Both the position numbers and the translations under genes were made by a program. Positions 1-9,751 of a stretch of 60,303 nt of DNA are shown in pieces. Every line of letters begins with the position of its first letter. Within the stretch, counting starts at the first letter, position 1. The DNA is from Candidatus Giovannonibacteria bacterium RIFCSPLOWO2_01_FULL_46_13 (GTDB lineage Bacteria > Patescibacteriota > Minisyncoccia > JACPKW01 > UBA11713): positions 1,072 to 61,374 of the forward strand of contig MFIE01000019.1 in NCBI GenBank assembly GCA_001778785.1. Direction: 5' to 3'. The notes below the pieces were generated by a model that had not been told where the DNA came from, did not search any database, and was given only the letters and a program-made list of their open reading frames with translations.

Positions 1-1067
1 ATAGCCCCTCCCCTTAAAAGCCGCCTGAATTCCGAGGAAGAAGAAACCAAGTGCTCCCGAAGTAAGATATCCGACAATTTAGCGTCATTAGACTTAACCG
101 CGGGGATTTCTCCCGGCAATTTTTTCTCGCGGAAAGTTTCTTTGAAAAAATCCCTAGCTTCGTTGGCTCGCTTCTCCCCGTGATATATTTTTACTATTTC
201 GAAAGCGAGGCGTTCCTTGGCGTCTATCGGCCGGAGCTTGTTTAGTGCGTTTATTTCCTCGCGGCCCAAATTCGTCGCAAGAAAAAAATATTTAGAGATC
301 AAATCGTCCTTGAGCGACATAACTTTGCCGAACATATCGCGCGGCTCATCCGAAATATTTATCACGTTCCCCCAGGAAGTGGACATTTTCCGTCCGTCCG
401 TCCCTTCAAGCATTTCTGTCGTCAAAATTTCCTGCGGTTTCATCCCGTGAAATTCCTGGATCTTCCTTCCGGCCAAAAGATTAAACAACTGGTCCGTCCC
501 GCCGATCTCGACGTCTGCTTTTACGGCAACCGAATCGTATCCCTGCATTATCGGATAGAACAATTCGCGCAAACTTATTTCTTTATGCGCTTCGAAGCGT
601 TCGCGAAAATTCCGCCGTTCGAGCATTTGGCCTACGCTGAACATTTCGGCGTGCTTCATCAAGTCTCCGAAGTTTAATTTAGAAAGCCACTTGGAATTAT
701 AATGCACTTCCGCTTTTTTCAAGTCGATTATTTTTCCGAGCTGGGGCAGGTAATTTTTTAAATTTTTCTTGATCTCGTTTTTCGTAAGCATCGGCCTTTT
801 CTCGAGCTTGTCCGAGGGGTCTCCGATCTCCGCCGTAAAATCGCCAATGATCAAAACTATCTTGTGACCCAAGTTCTGAAAATCCCTCAATTTCCTTAAG
901 GCCACCGCCCGCCCAATGTGTATGTTGCCTCCGGTCGGGTCAATGCCGAACTTTATCCTTAATTTTTTGCCGGAAGAAAGTTTCTTTTCAAGGCTCGCCT
1001 TATTAATAACAGCCTCAACGTTTCTTTCTAATATACCCCTCGTTTCAATGTTTGAATTTTTGGTCAT
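1..1067 (-). CDS. tyrS: Tyrosyl-tRNA synthetase (3' end runs off the window)
   Basis: Manual translation from ATG at 1067 gives KFGIDPTGGNIHIGR...IIGDFTAEIGDPSDK...YPIMQGYDSVAV.ADVEIGGTDQLFNL...DGRKMSTSWGN, which are class Ic TyrRS motifs. Not in the ORF track because there is no stop in the window. Confidence 0.95.
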   Translation of the reverse strand, partial: MTKNSNIETRGILERNVEAVINKASLEKKLSSGKKLRIKFGIDPTGGNIHIGRAVALRKLRDFQNLGHKIVLIIGDFTAEIGDPSDKLEKRPMLTKNEIKKNLKNYLPQLGKIIDLKKAEVHYNSKWLSKLNFGDLMKHAEMFSVGQMLERRNFRERFEAHKEISLRELFYPIMQGYDSVAVKADVEIGGTDQLFNLLAGRKIQEFHGMKPQEILTTEMLEGTDGRKMSTSWGNVINISDEPRDMFGKVMSLKDDLISKYFFLATNLGREEINALNKLRPIDAKERLAFEIVKIYHGEKRANEARDFFKETFREKKLPGEIPAVKSNDAKLSDILLREHLVSSSSEFRRLLRGGA

Positions 1068-1102
1068 ATCGTATAATAATAGGATACCTTAAAGAGTAAC
1101 TT

Positions 1103-3643
1103 ATGGTAAGAATCTGGCGCAAGCGCAAATTAATACTGTGGACCTCGGCCGGAGTGTTTGCGGTCCTTATTTTAGGTACGGTTGTCTACGCTACGACTTC
1201 GGTGCCTAATTTTGGCTCGCTCGAAGACCGCAAAATCGTCCAATCCACCAAGATATACGACCGCACCGGCAAGGTGCTTTTATACGACATCCACGGGGAC
1301 ATCCAGCGCACTGTTATCCCCTTCGAAGAAATACCGAACTACGCCAAAAACGCCACAATCGTAATTGAGGACCAAAATTTTTACCGCCACGCCGGAGTAA
1401 GCCCGACGAGTATCCTGCGGGCGCTCTTGGTAAACATGCATCTTAAAAGCGGGATCATCGGCCAAGGGGGGTCCACCTTAACCCAACAACTCGTTAAACA
1501 ATCCTTTCTAACCCCGGAGCGATCTCTCATCCGAAAAATACGCGAAGCTATCTTGGCGCTAAAAGTGGAAGCGAGTTATTCCAAAGACGAAATACTTGGT
1601 TTTTATTTAAACGAGATGCCATGGGGCAGAAGCGCCTACGGGATTGAAGCGGCAAGCCAGACCTATTTTGCAAAGCCCGCTAAAGACATTACCGTAGCCG
1701 AGTCCGCTTATCTAGCGGCGATGCTCCAGGCGCCAACGCGCTATTCCCCTTACGGCTCACATACCGACGAACTCGAGGGCAGGAAAAATTTGGTTATCGA
1801 TCGGCTCCACGAAAAGAATTTAATCACCGAGGAAGAATACAACGCCGCAAAAGCAGAGCAGGTTAAATTCGCGGCGCGCGCGGTCGGCGGGATAAAAGCC
1901 CCGCACTTTTCTATATATGTCCGGGAATATTTGGTTGAAAAATACGGGGAAGACGTCGTTGAAAAAGGCGGGCTCAAGGTTACAACTTCCCTAAACTGGG
2001 AGTGGCAGGAAAAATTAGAAGAGCTTGTCCGGACGTCCGCCGAACAAAATGAGAAAAATTTCAGGGCGTATAACGCCGGGATGGTCGCGACGGATCCTAA
2101 GACCGGGCAGATCATGGCGCTTGTCGGCTCGCGGGATTATTTTGCAGACCCGTTGCCGGAAGGATGTTCGCCGGGAGTTAATTGTAAATTTGACCCGCAG
2201 GTAAACATGACGCTTCGCTCGCGACAGCCTGGCTCTTCCATAAAACCGGTTATTTACGCTACCGCTTTTAAAAAAGGGTACACACCAAACACAGTTTTGT
2301 TCGATGCGCGCACGGAGTTTAGCGCATACTGTTCGCCGACAAGCGTACCCGATCCGGGGGTAGATCCGGAAAGGTGCTACCACCCGGATAATTTTGATAA
2401 TGTATTTCGCGGCCCAATGAGCCTCCGGAGCGCTTTGGCCCAATCCGTAAACGTGGTCGCGGTTAAAGTTTTGTACTTAGCCGGGCTTTCGGATTCGCTG
2501 CGAGTAGCGCGCGACATGGGGATCACGACGCTAGATGATCCGGACAGATACGGGCTGACTCTGGTTTTGGGAGGCGGAGAAGTTAAACTCTTGGAACTTA
2601 CGAATGCTTACGGAGTTTTTGCAAACGATGGGGCCTACTCTCCGTCAACTCCGATTTTAAAAATCGAAGACGGTGACGGAAACGCGCTCGAAGAATTTCG
2701 GGAAGCAAAAACGCAGGCCCTCGATCCGAATGTGGCGCGCATGATATCTAACGTCTTGTCAGACGATAACGCAAAGGCTCCAGCATTCACCGAAGCCTCC
2801 GCACCATCTTTGTTTATCCATGAAAGAAAAGTTGCTGTGAAAACCGGAACGACGCAAGACACCAGGGATACTTGGGTAATTGGATATACTCCAAACGTAG
2901 TTTTGGGTGTTTGGGCTGGCAACAACGACAACGCCGCCATGGAAAGACGCGTTGCTGGCTTGATTGTGGCGCCAATTTGGCACAAAGCCTTAACAGAGGT
3001 TATTTTACCGACGCTCCCGCAGGAAAATTTTATCACTCCAGAAATTCCAGAAAGGGATAAGCCGGTTTTAAACGGCGAGTGGCGCGGAGGGCAAGTTTAT
3101 AAAATAGACAAGACCTCCGGAAAACTTGCGAGCGAATTTACGCCCGAAGAACTTATCGAAAAAAGGGTCGTGCAGGAAGTCCACACAATATTGCATTGGG
3201 TAGACAAAAGTAACCCGTCAGGACCCCCGCCTTCGGATCCCTCTAGAGATTCGCAATATCGAAACTGGGAAACATCTGTCAGGGCATGGGCGGCCGCAAA
3301 CGGGATCATGGACGAGACAAGCGGCGTCATCCCCGGAGAGTATGATGATTCGCACCGCCCGGAGAATTTTCCGCGAGCGCAAATATTTTTAGATAGCGCG
3401 GATACGGTTTCCGACGGCACACGCATAATGGCCCGGGTTGAGACTTCGAGCACCTACCCCATCGAACAGGTAGATATTTTCCTCGGTGAAGAATATATCG
3501 GCTCGCATAAATCTGCGCCCTATATATTTCCGATAAGAATACAGGGGGGACCTGGAGAAGAAATAAAAATAACCGCGATCGTCTACGACCAGGTTAGAAA
3601 TAAAACAACCGTAGAAAAAATAGTTAGAATTTCTGAAAATTAA
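1103..3643 (+). CDS. Class A penicillin-binding protein (PBP1a-like transglycosylase/transpeptidase) with C-terminal Ig-like domain
   Basis: N-terminal TM helix, EDQNFYRHAG and GGSTLTQQLVK GT51 motifs, and SSIK, SVN and KTG transpeptidase motifs. Confidence 0.95.
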   Translation: MVRIWRKRKLILWTSAGVFAVLILGTVVYATTSVPNFGSLEDRKIVQSTKIYDRTGKVLLYDIHGDIQRTVIPFEEIPNYAKNATIVIEDQNFYRHAGVSPTSILRALLVNMHLKSGIIGQGGSTLTQQLVKQSFLTPERSLIRKIREAILALKVEASYSKDEILGFYLNEMPWGRSAYGIEAASQTYFAKPAKDITVAESAYLAAMLQAPTRYSPYGSHTDELEGRKNLVIDRLHEKNLITEEEYNAAKAEQVKFAARAVGGIKAPHFSIYVREYLVEKYGEDVVEKGGLKVTTSLNWEWQEKLEELVRTSAEQNEKNFRAYNAGMVATDPKTGQIMALVGSRDYFADPLPEGCSPGVNCKFDPQVNMTLRSRQPGSSIKPVIYATAFKKGYTPNTVLFDARTEFSAYCSPTSVPDPGVDPERCYHPDNFDNVFRGPMSLRSALAQSVNVVAVKVLYLAGLSDSLRVARDMGITTLDDPDRYGLTLVLGGGEVKLLELTNAYGVFANDGAYSPSTPILKIEDGDGNALEEFREAKTQALDPNVARMISNVLSDDNAKAPAFTEASAPSLFIHERKVAVKTGTTQDTRDTWVIGYTPNVVLGVWAGNNDNAAMERRVAGLIVAPIWHKALTEVILPTLPQENFITPEIPERDKPVLNGEWRGGQVYKIDKTSGKLASEFTPEELIEKRVVQEVHTILHWVDKSNPSGPPPSDPSRDSQYRNWETSVRAWAAANGIMDETSGVIPGEYDDSHRPENFPRAQIFLDSADTVSDGTRIMARVETSSTYPIEQVDIFLGEEYIGSHKSAPYIFPIRIQGGPGEEIKITAIVYDQVRNKTTVEKIVRISEN

Positions 3644-3893
3644 TTTCTTCTGGGGCCTTCGGGCCGAGGGTATCTTTCAACTCGCTTAGTATTTCGTGTT
3701 TCCTTAAAAAAATTTCGTTCTTCAGCGCCGGGCTTAGTTCAGATAAATATAAGACCCGGTTTTTTATTTTAGCCTCGAGTTTGGCGTTCGGAAATTTATT
3801 TTTTATGACGCTAACAGCTTTGGGGCCGAGGTCTTCGGCTTGTGAAAATTTCCGCAGCTTCTGAAGAAAGTTTTCTACCTTAATAAAAGCCAT
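3624..3893 (-). CDS. Small protein, probable DciA/DUF721-like helicase-loading factor
   Basis: Coupled to dnaN; the pattern IKNRVLYL..LSPALKNEIFLRKHEILSEL resembles the DUF721 core. Confidence 0.5.
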   Translation of the reverse strand: MAFIKVENFLQKLRKFSQAEDLGPKAVSVIKNKFPNAKLEAKIKNRVLYLSELSPALKNEIFLRKHEILSELKDTLGPKAPEEINFQKF

Positions 3894-4990
3894 TACATTC
3901 CGCGCATCGGCATCACCAAGTGGACGTAATCACTGTTATCCGCACCCTTCACCAAGACAGCTTTTTGTGGGCCATTGAAGCCGAGAAAAACTTTTGAACT
4001 CGGCACGGACTGGATAGCTTCGAGAAGATAGTGGTAGTTAAAATTTGCCTCAACCGGAGCTCCTGAAATTTTCGCCGGGTGCGAAGCGTGATATTCCCCT
4101 GTCTCCGAGCTTGCCGATTTTACTTCCAAAATTCCCTTGCCTTCATCCGCAGCGAGCGTTACTTCCGAAAGGCGTGAAGAAAAAATTCCAGCCGCGCGGA
4201 CCGCTCCCAAAATTTGGTCCTTATCGATTACGGCTTGCGTTTCGAAAGACTTCGGCATTATCGTCTGGTACTCTGGAAATTTTCCCTCGGTCAGCCTTGA
4301 TAAAAACGAGATGTTCCGGTTTTGGAATAAAATTTGGTTTTTGTTGAAAACGACTTCAATTTCCTCCGGTGAGTCTTCAAAAATTTTTATCAATTCCTGT
4401 CCGCTTTTCTGCGGCAAGAGGAGGGAGAGAGAAGGATAACTCACCTCCGTTTTTTGTTCGGCGAGCCTAAAAGAGTCTGTAGCCACAAAGGTTAATGGGG
4501 ATTTGCCCTGTGAAAAAACGTAGATGCTGGCCAACTCCGGCTTTGTGTACGTCGTTGCTGTTGCGGGTATGGTGTTTTTCAGGGCTTTAGCTAAAACCTC
4601 CCAAGGGATGGAAAAATAAGTCTCTTTTTTAATTTTTGGGATTGTTGGAAATTCTTCGATCGCAAGGCACTTAATGTTTGAGGTAGAAGTTTTTGAAGTA
4701 ATTTTTAAATTATTATCCTTGCTCTCGAGAGTCACCTCCCCGTCCGGTATGGAATAAAGGATTGGTAAAATTGTTTTTGCTGGCGGCAAAACTTCCCCAT
4801 CCTCTTCGATGTGCGCGGAAAGGCTTCCCTCAAAACCAACGGCTAAGTTTGTGCTTATCACTGCCAGGCGATTTTTTGTCGCGCGCAAGAGAACTGAAGA
4901 TAAAGTTAAGAGCGTTGGATTCTTACTTGTACTCCTTTCTGCCAAACTCACTAGTTTATATAATTCATTTTTATTACAGTTTAATCTCAT
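3893..4990 (-). CDS. dnaN: DNA polymerase III beta clamp
   Basis: VATDSFRLA, SRLTEGKFPEY and LVMPMR motifs; downstream of dnaA. Confidence 0.97.
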   Translation of the reverse strand: MRLNCNKNELYKLVSLAERSTSKNPTLLTLSSVLLRATKNRLAVISTNLAVGFEGSLSAHIEEDGEVLPPAKTILPILYSIPDGEVTLESKDNNLKITSKTSTSNIKCLAIEEFPTIPKIKKETYFSIPWEVLAKALKNTIPATATTYTKPELASIYVFSQGKSPLTFVATDSFRLAEQKTEVSYPSLSLLLPQKSGQELIKIFEDSPEEIEVVFNKNQILFQNRNISFLSRLTEGKFPEYQTIMPKSFETQAVIDKDQILGAVRAAGIFSSRLSEVTLAADEGKGILEVKSASSETGEYHASHPAKISGAPVEANFNYHYLLEAIQSVPSSKVFLGFNGPQKAVLVKGADNSDYVHLVMPMRGM

Positions 4991-5156
4991 ATTTATTATT
5001 TATACCTGTATTGGTTGTGGAAAATTTTTTAAAGCCCTTTAAACCTTAGATATTTTTTATTTCTTTTAATTAACAACTTGTTGATAATCTGAAAGTATTT
5101 TTTTATTTATTTTAATCGCTGATTTTTTCAGGGAAGTAATTAACAGTTAATTCACA
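4991..5156. other. Probable replication origin (oriC) in the dnaA-dnaN spacer
   Basis: AT-rich spacer with DnaA-box-like TTTTCCACA (5016-5024, minus strand) followed by TATAAATAATAAAT trio-like repeats, plus TTATCAACA (5079-5087) and TAATTCACA (5147-5155). Confidence 0.65.
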
Positions 5157-6511
5157 GAACTATAATCATATAGTTCACGGATTCTCTTCATCTCTTCGGC
5201 GAGTTGTCCATTCTTTTTCACCTCTTTGGAAATTTTGTCGAAGGCGTGTATCGCTGTTGTGTGGTCGCGTCCGCCGAAACGTTGGCCGATGTATGGGTAC
5301 GATCCGTTAAAATCTTCACGAAGAAGGTACATTGCGATCTGTCTTGGACGTACTATTTCTTTCTTCCTAGTTTTTTCAAACAAGATTCCCTCCGTTACAT
5401 CATAGAAATCAGCAACGCATTTTATAATCTGGTTCGCGGTAACGATCCTTTTCGGCTGGGTATTTTTATCCAGCATCTCTTTTACCTCAGGTATAGATAG
5501 AATCTTGTCAGAGAGCTTAGACTTTGCAACTACAGCGTTTAGCGCCCCCTCTAACTCCCTTATATTTTTCTGGACAGTAGAGGCTATGAACTCAAGAATT
5601 TCTTGGTTAATATAATTCTCCTTCCCTGCTGATTTCGATCTTAAGATGGCAAGGCGCGATTCATACTCGGGAGCGCCTATATCGGCAACCATTCCTCCTG
5701 CGAACCTGCTTTTCAGACGCTCTTCCAGGTCATTTATGGCATGCGGAGGTTTGTCAGAAGAAAAAACTATCTGTTTACTCATCTCGTAAAGGGAATTAAA
5801 AATATGGAAAAGTTCTTCTTGTGTTTTTACTTTGCCTGCAATAAATTGTACGTCATCGAGTATTAAAAGATCGAAGGAGCGATACTTATCTTTAAAAATA
5901 CTTGCTTCGTTCGACTGCATAGAACTTACGAGCTCCGACGTGAAGCGTTCGGACGTCGTGTACAAAACTTTCAAACGAGGGTTCCCTTTTTTTATTTCGT
6001 TGCCAATCGCTTGCAAGAGATGCGTTTTGCCTAAACCAACCCCTCCGTAGAGGAACAGTGGATTATATGCTTGCCCTAAATTTTTACTGACAGCCACGGA
6101 AGCTGCGTGCGCGAGTTCGTTAAAGGGCCCAACTATAAATGAATCAAATGTATATCGGGGGTTAAGGTTGGTTTCGCGGTCAACTAGGAGCTCTTTAAAT
6201 TCGAGTTGCTCTTCTTGAGGGGAAAGCCCGCGCTCCCTGCGCCTTCTTTGTAATAAAGGAGGGATTTCTGATGAGATTACATACTCTACGTTCCTAATTT
6301 CAGGAACCAGCCCGCGCAGAGATTTCAAAATGAATTTGTGGTATTTATATTCGAGCCATTCTTTGGCAAACGCGTTTGGGACTTTTAGGACCACCACACC
6401 ATCTTGGCGATCCGCTACTGAAGTATTTTGAAACCAAGTTATAAAATTAGCCTTTGAGACCGCGAGTTCTAATTCGTTCAACGCAGCCTGCCACAATTCT
6501 TCGTTCGTCAT
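5147..6511 (-). CDS. dnaA: Chromosomal replication initiator DnaA
   Basis: YNPLFLYGGVGLGKTHLL, LLILDDVQF and GGRDHTT motifs. Confidence 0.99.
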   Translation of the reverse strand: MTNEELWQAALNELELAVSKANFITWFQNTSVADRQDGVVVLKVPNAFAKEWLEYKYHKFILKSLRGLVPEIRNVEYVISSEIPPLLQRRRRERGLSPQEEQLEFKELLVDRETNLNPRYTFDSFIVGPFNELAHAASVAVSKNLGQAYNPLFLYGGVGLGKTHLLQAIGNEIKKGNPRLKVLYTTSERFTSELVSSMQSNEASIFKDKYRSFDLLILDDVQFIAGKVKTQEELFHIFNSLYEMSKQIVFSSDKPPHAINDLEERLKSRFAGGMVADIGAPEYESRLAILRSKSAGKENYINQEILEFIASTVQKNIRELEGALNAVVAKSKLSDKILSIPEVKEMLDKNTQPKRIVTANQIIKCVADFYDVTEGILFEKTRKKEIVRPRQIAMYLLREDFNGSYPYIGQRFGGRDHTTAIHAFDKISKEVKKNGQLAEEMKRIRELYDYSSVN

Positions 6512-6667
6512 GAGTAAAATTTAATAGGACTTTATAACCAGCTATAACAGTAATCTTAGTCCTCTTATGGAAAATTTACTAATTGACGACAACATTACTA
6601 AAATGTTAATAAACTCTGGATTTCTTGTTAATATTGAAACTAAGTAGATTTGTGTTAGAATGTTTTA

Positions 6668-6802
6668 ATGTCTCAAACATACCAGCCAAAAAAGAGAAAA
6701 AGGAAGAGGAGTCACGGTTTTTTGAAGAGAAAGAAAACTTCTTCCGGTAGAGCTGTCTTGAAGCGCCGAAGAAATAAAAATCGGAAGCGCATTACAATCT
6801 AA
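6668..6802 (+). CDS. rpmH: 50S ribosomal protein L34
   Basis: Manual translation [44 protein letters not shown]; divergent from dnaA. Confidence 0.96.
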   Translation: MSQTYQPKKRKRKRSHGFLKRKKTSSGRAVLKRRRNKNRKRITI

Positions 6803-6811
6803 CACTTAGCA

Positions 6812-7147
6812 ATGCTCCCAAAGCCTCATCGCCTTTCGCGAAAAGACGATATCGAACAAATAGCCAAAGGTAGGGGCGTAAAAAAAGAAGCTCTTCTTTT
6901 GAAATTCTCTAAAAACGGCTTGAAAGAGAGCAGATTCGCCTTTATTATCCCGAGTAAAAAGATAAAAAAGGCCACAGAAAGGAACTTGGTGAAGAGAAGG
7001 GCGCGCAACATAATCCGGAAGAATTTGAAAAACATCAAGGGAGGATCTGATATTCTTTTTATTTTCTCGGCTAATGCCTTAGAATTGGACTACGCGGGCC
7101 TGGAAAAAGAACTGCTTTCGGCACTTTCCCTGGCCAAGCTCCTATGA
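6812..7147 (+). CDS. rnpA: Ribonuclease P protein component
   Basis: MLPKPHRL and KKATERNLVKRR (RNR motif); synteny. Confidence 0.95.
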   Translation: MLPKPHRLSRKDDIEQIAKGRGVKKEALLLKFSKNGLKESRFAFIIPSKKIKKATERNLVKRRARNIIRKNLKNIKGGSDILFIFSANALELDYAGLEKELLSALSLAKLL

Positions 7148-7374
7148 AAAAGATTTTTATATTTCTTATTAACCTCTACCAGAAATTTCTATCCCCCGAC
7201 CAGGGAGCTTTTTCTTCTGGGAGGAAGTATTGCGTTTTTGAGCCATCTTGCTCGCAATACACGAAGGAAGCAATTGAACACGGCGGGGTTTTGTACGGAT
7301 TAATGAAGGGGGGAGCAAGAATTGCGCGATGCCACCCCTGGCAGACTAAACTTGTAGATCCCTTCCGACCATGA
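7144..7374 (+). CDS. yidD: Membrane protein insertion efficiency factor YidD
   Basis: YQKFLSP..CVFEPSCSQY..RIARCHPW. Confidence 0.95.
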   Translation: MKKIFIFLINLYQKFLSPDQGAFSSGRKYCVFEPSCSQYTKEAIEHGGVLYGLMKGGARIARCHPWQTKLVDPFRP

Positions 7375-8108
7375 GTTTTTTCTCTTCCATATATAATGAA
7401 GTCCTCTATCGCCCGCTTTTCAATGCGCTAGTTTTTTTGACCGCTCTTATCCCCGGGCACGACATGGGAATTGCCATAATTCTCTTAACGCTTGCCGTGC
7501 GGGTAATAATATTCCCGCTTACGCACCGGGGCCTCATCACCCAGATAAAGATGAAGCAGCTCGAACCCGTGATAAATAAAATTCGCGAGGAATATAAAAA
7601 TACCGAAGAGCAGGGAAAGAAAATGATGGAACTATATAAAGAGCACGGCGTAAATCCGCTTTCTGGATGCTTCCTTCTTTTGATACAGCTTCCGATTTTG
7701 ATCGCGCTCTACCATTTATTCTGGAAAGGGATAATGGCGGGAGGGGTGGACCTGTATTCTTTCGTGTCCATGCCCAGACAAATAAATATGAATTTTCTCG
7801 GATTGGTTGAACTTTCCTCGCCGAGCTGGGTTTTGGCATTTCTCGCCGGAATTTCGCAGTTTGCCCAAATGAAACTTGCCAACCCCACCATACCCAAGAA
7901 GGGCACGAATGTCCGCGAAGAGATGACTCGCGCCCTCGCTATACAGTCGCTTTATGTCTTCCCAGTCCTAATCTTTTTCATATCGATCCGCTTCCCGGCG
8001 GCGCTCCCATTATATTGGACAGCCTCTAACGTTTTTGCTACTGTACACGAAGCCATAGTGCGCCGACGCGCCAGGCTTCTATATGGGACCGGAGAAGGAA
8101 AAAATTAA
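7371..8108 (+). CDS. yidC: Membrane protein insertase YidC (short, no periplasmic domain)
   Basis: VNPLSGCFLLLIQLPILIALY and ALPLYW motifs. Confidence 0.95.
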   Translation: MSFFSSIYNEVLYRPLFNALVFLTALIPGHDMGIAIILLTLAVRVIIFPLTHRGLITQIKMKQLEPVINKIREEYKNTEEQGKKMMELYKEHGVNPLSGCFLLLIQLPILIALYHLFWKGIMAGGVDLYSFVSMPRQINMNFLGLVELSSPSWVLAFLAGISQFAQMKLANPTIPKKGTNVREEMTRALAIQSLYVFPVLIFFISIRFPAALPLYWTASNVFATVHEAIVRRRARLLYGTGEGKN

Positions 8109-8550
8109 AAAAATTGTTGAAGACCTTCTCGCCGGGATGGGTATTTTTGGCAGCGTTAGCATTTACGAAACAGCCGACAATATCCAGTTTCAAATAAAAA
8201 CTCAGGAAGCCGGCCTTTTGATAGGAGAAAAAGGAGAGAATTTGATTGCCTTAAACCATCTTTTAAAAAGAATCGCCGAAGCGCAGGTTGGAAAAACTGC
8301 CGTACCTTTTTCGGTTGACGTTAACGATTACCAAAGGCAAAAAGCCGAGGAAATAAAAGACTTGGCTCGACTTTCTGCCCAGCGCGTCAGATATTTCAAA
8401 AAAGAAATAGAGCTCCGGCCCATGAGTTCGTATGAGCGGAGGATTGTGCACGCGATTTTGACGGAATACCCAGACATCATGACGCAATCGGTAGGCGAAG
8501 AGCCCAATCGAAAAGTTGTAATAAAACCTTTCGAAGTAAAAGAAGTATAA
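8083..8550 (+). CDS. jag: Jag/KhpB RNA-binding protein (KH + R3H, no N-terminal Jag domain)
   Basis: GLLIGEKGENL (KH) and PMSSYERRIVH (R3H); follows yidC. Confidence 0.9.
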   Translation: MGPEKEKIKKIVEDLLAGMGIFGSVSIYETADNIQFQIKTQEAGLLIGEKGENLIALNHLLKRIAEAQVGKTAVPFSVDVNDYQRQKAEEIKDLARLSAQRVRYFKKEIELRPMSSYERRIVHAILTEYPDIMTQSVGEEPNRKVVIKPFEVKEV

Positions 8551-8554
8551 CTTT

Positions 8555-9742
8555 TTAGTTTATTTTAAGACGCCAGAGTGAGCCGTCTTTTTTATTTGTG
8601 AAGAAAAGCAAAGTTTCGTCTTCGGACAAAAAGAGGTTTGTGGCGTCGACCGAAGGAAGAATTTCGATGGATTCTATGGCCGAATCTTTTAGGTTTAACT
8701 TAACTATCTCGTCGTTGAAAGATATTTTTCCCTTGTACCAATCGTCCGGATAAACCGCGGGAGAATACGCCAAGGGCAAGGCGCAGAAAATTATGTCTTT
8801 AGACTTTTTTGACCAAGCGCATTTTTCAGGGAGGGTTAACGAAGAGGCCGAACTTAATTTATTCCCGGCAATATTTAAGGAAAGGTTTGAGAGCGCGCGG
8901 TCGTTCGGGTCGGAAGCGGAGAAAAATATGTTTGCGCCGTTTGTGGCGGCGGTTAATCCCAGCGAAGGGCCAAATACTTTTGCGAATGCCCCCGAGCTTA
9001 AAGTTAATTTATACAAAAACCCATCCAGGTACGCCGACGGCGCCGTTAGGAGATAGATGTTTGCTTCTTCCGGCCAAGATATTTTCCATGAAGTTATTGG
9101 CATTTTAAGCCGCACGGTCGGGGTTTTATTTTCAGGAGTCGCGGTTATAACTTGCCCCTCGGATCCCGAAGCGAGCACGTAGGCGACCCTATCTCCCTTT
9201 GGGGAAAAGATTGCTTCACGAACGCCGTCTGGAAGAAATGTTGTCTTGGTCGAGGATCCGCTGAAAACCGCGGAAAGGACGTTGAGTTTTTCATTCGAAT
9301 AATATTTCAAAATGGCGCGATCCCCTTTCGGCGACCAGGAAACTTCAAAAATTCCCGGTATGGTTGTATTGGAAATTAAATTCTTGTTTTTGCCATCCAA
9401 ATCCATTTCAAAAAGATGCCCCGAAGCGCGGTCGATGTACCGTATTTTGCCTTTATATATTGTAGCTCCGGAGACACTTTCTTTTACGAGCTCGAGGAAA
9501 TTTTGTTCGCCTGCGTTTGCTTCGGGCAGATTATTTTCCTCTCCTTCTGGCGAGCCTTCCGAGTCTAAAGGGGCGCCGTCGTTATTTTCAGACTTCGGGA
9601 AAAGATTATAAAATATTTCCGCGATTCCCGCGCGTTCCTGTCCCGCCCCCGTCGGCAGGCTCAAATACCAAATGATCCCAGCGATCAAGATGACTGCCCC
9701 AGCCGCGATTATGATATTTCTTTTTGTGAAATAGTTTTGCAT
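8555..9742 (-). CDS. Membrane-anchored beta-propeller (TolB/WD40-like) protein
   Basis: N-terminal TM helix and repeated WSPKGDR/FSPKGDR blades; last gene of the T4SS-like operon. Confidence 0.6.
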   Translation of the reverse strand: MQNYFTKRNIIIAAGAVILIAGIIWYLSLPTGAGQERAGIAEIFYNLFPKSENNDGAPLDSEGSPEGEENNLPEANAGEQNFLELVKESVSGATIYKGKIRYIDRASGHLFEMDLDGKNKNLISNTTIPGIFEVSWSPKGDRAILKYYSNEKLNVLSAVFSGSSTKTTFLPDGVREAIFSPKGDRVAYVLASGSEGQVITATPENKTPTVRLKMPITSWKISWPEEANIYLLTAPSAYLDGFLYKLTLSSGAFAKVFGPSLGLTAATNGANIFFSASDPNDRALSNLSLNIAGNKLSSASSLTLPEKCAWSKKSKDIIFCALPLAYSPAVYPDDWYKGKISFNDEIVKLNLKDSAIESIEILPSVDATNLFLSEDETLLFFTNKKDGSLWRLKIN

Positions 9743-9751
9743 TTTAAAAAC

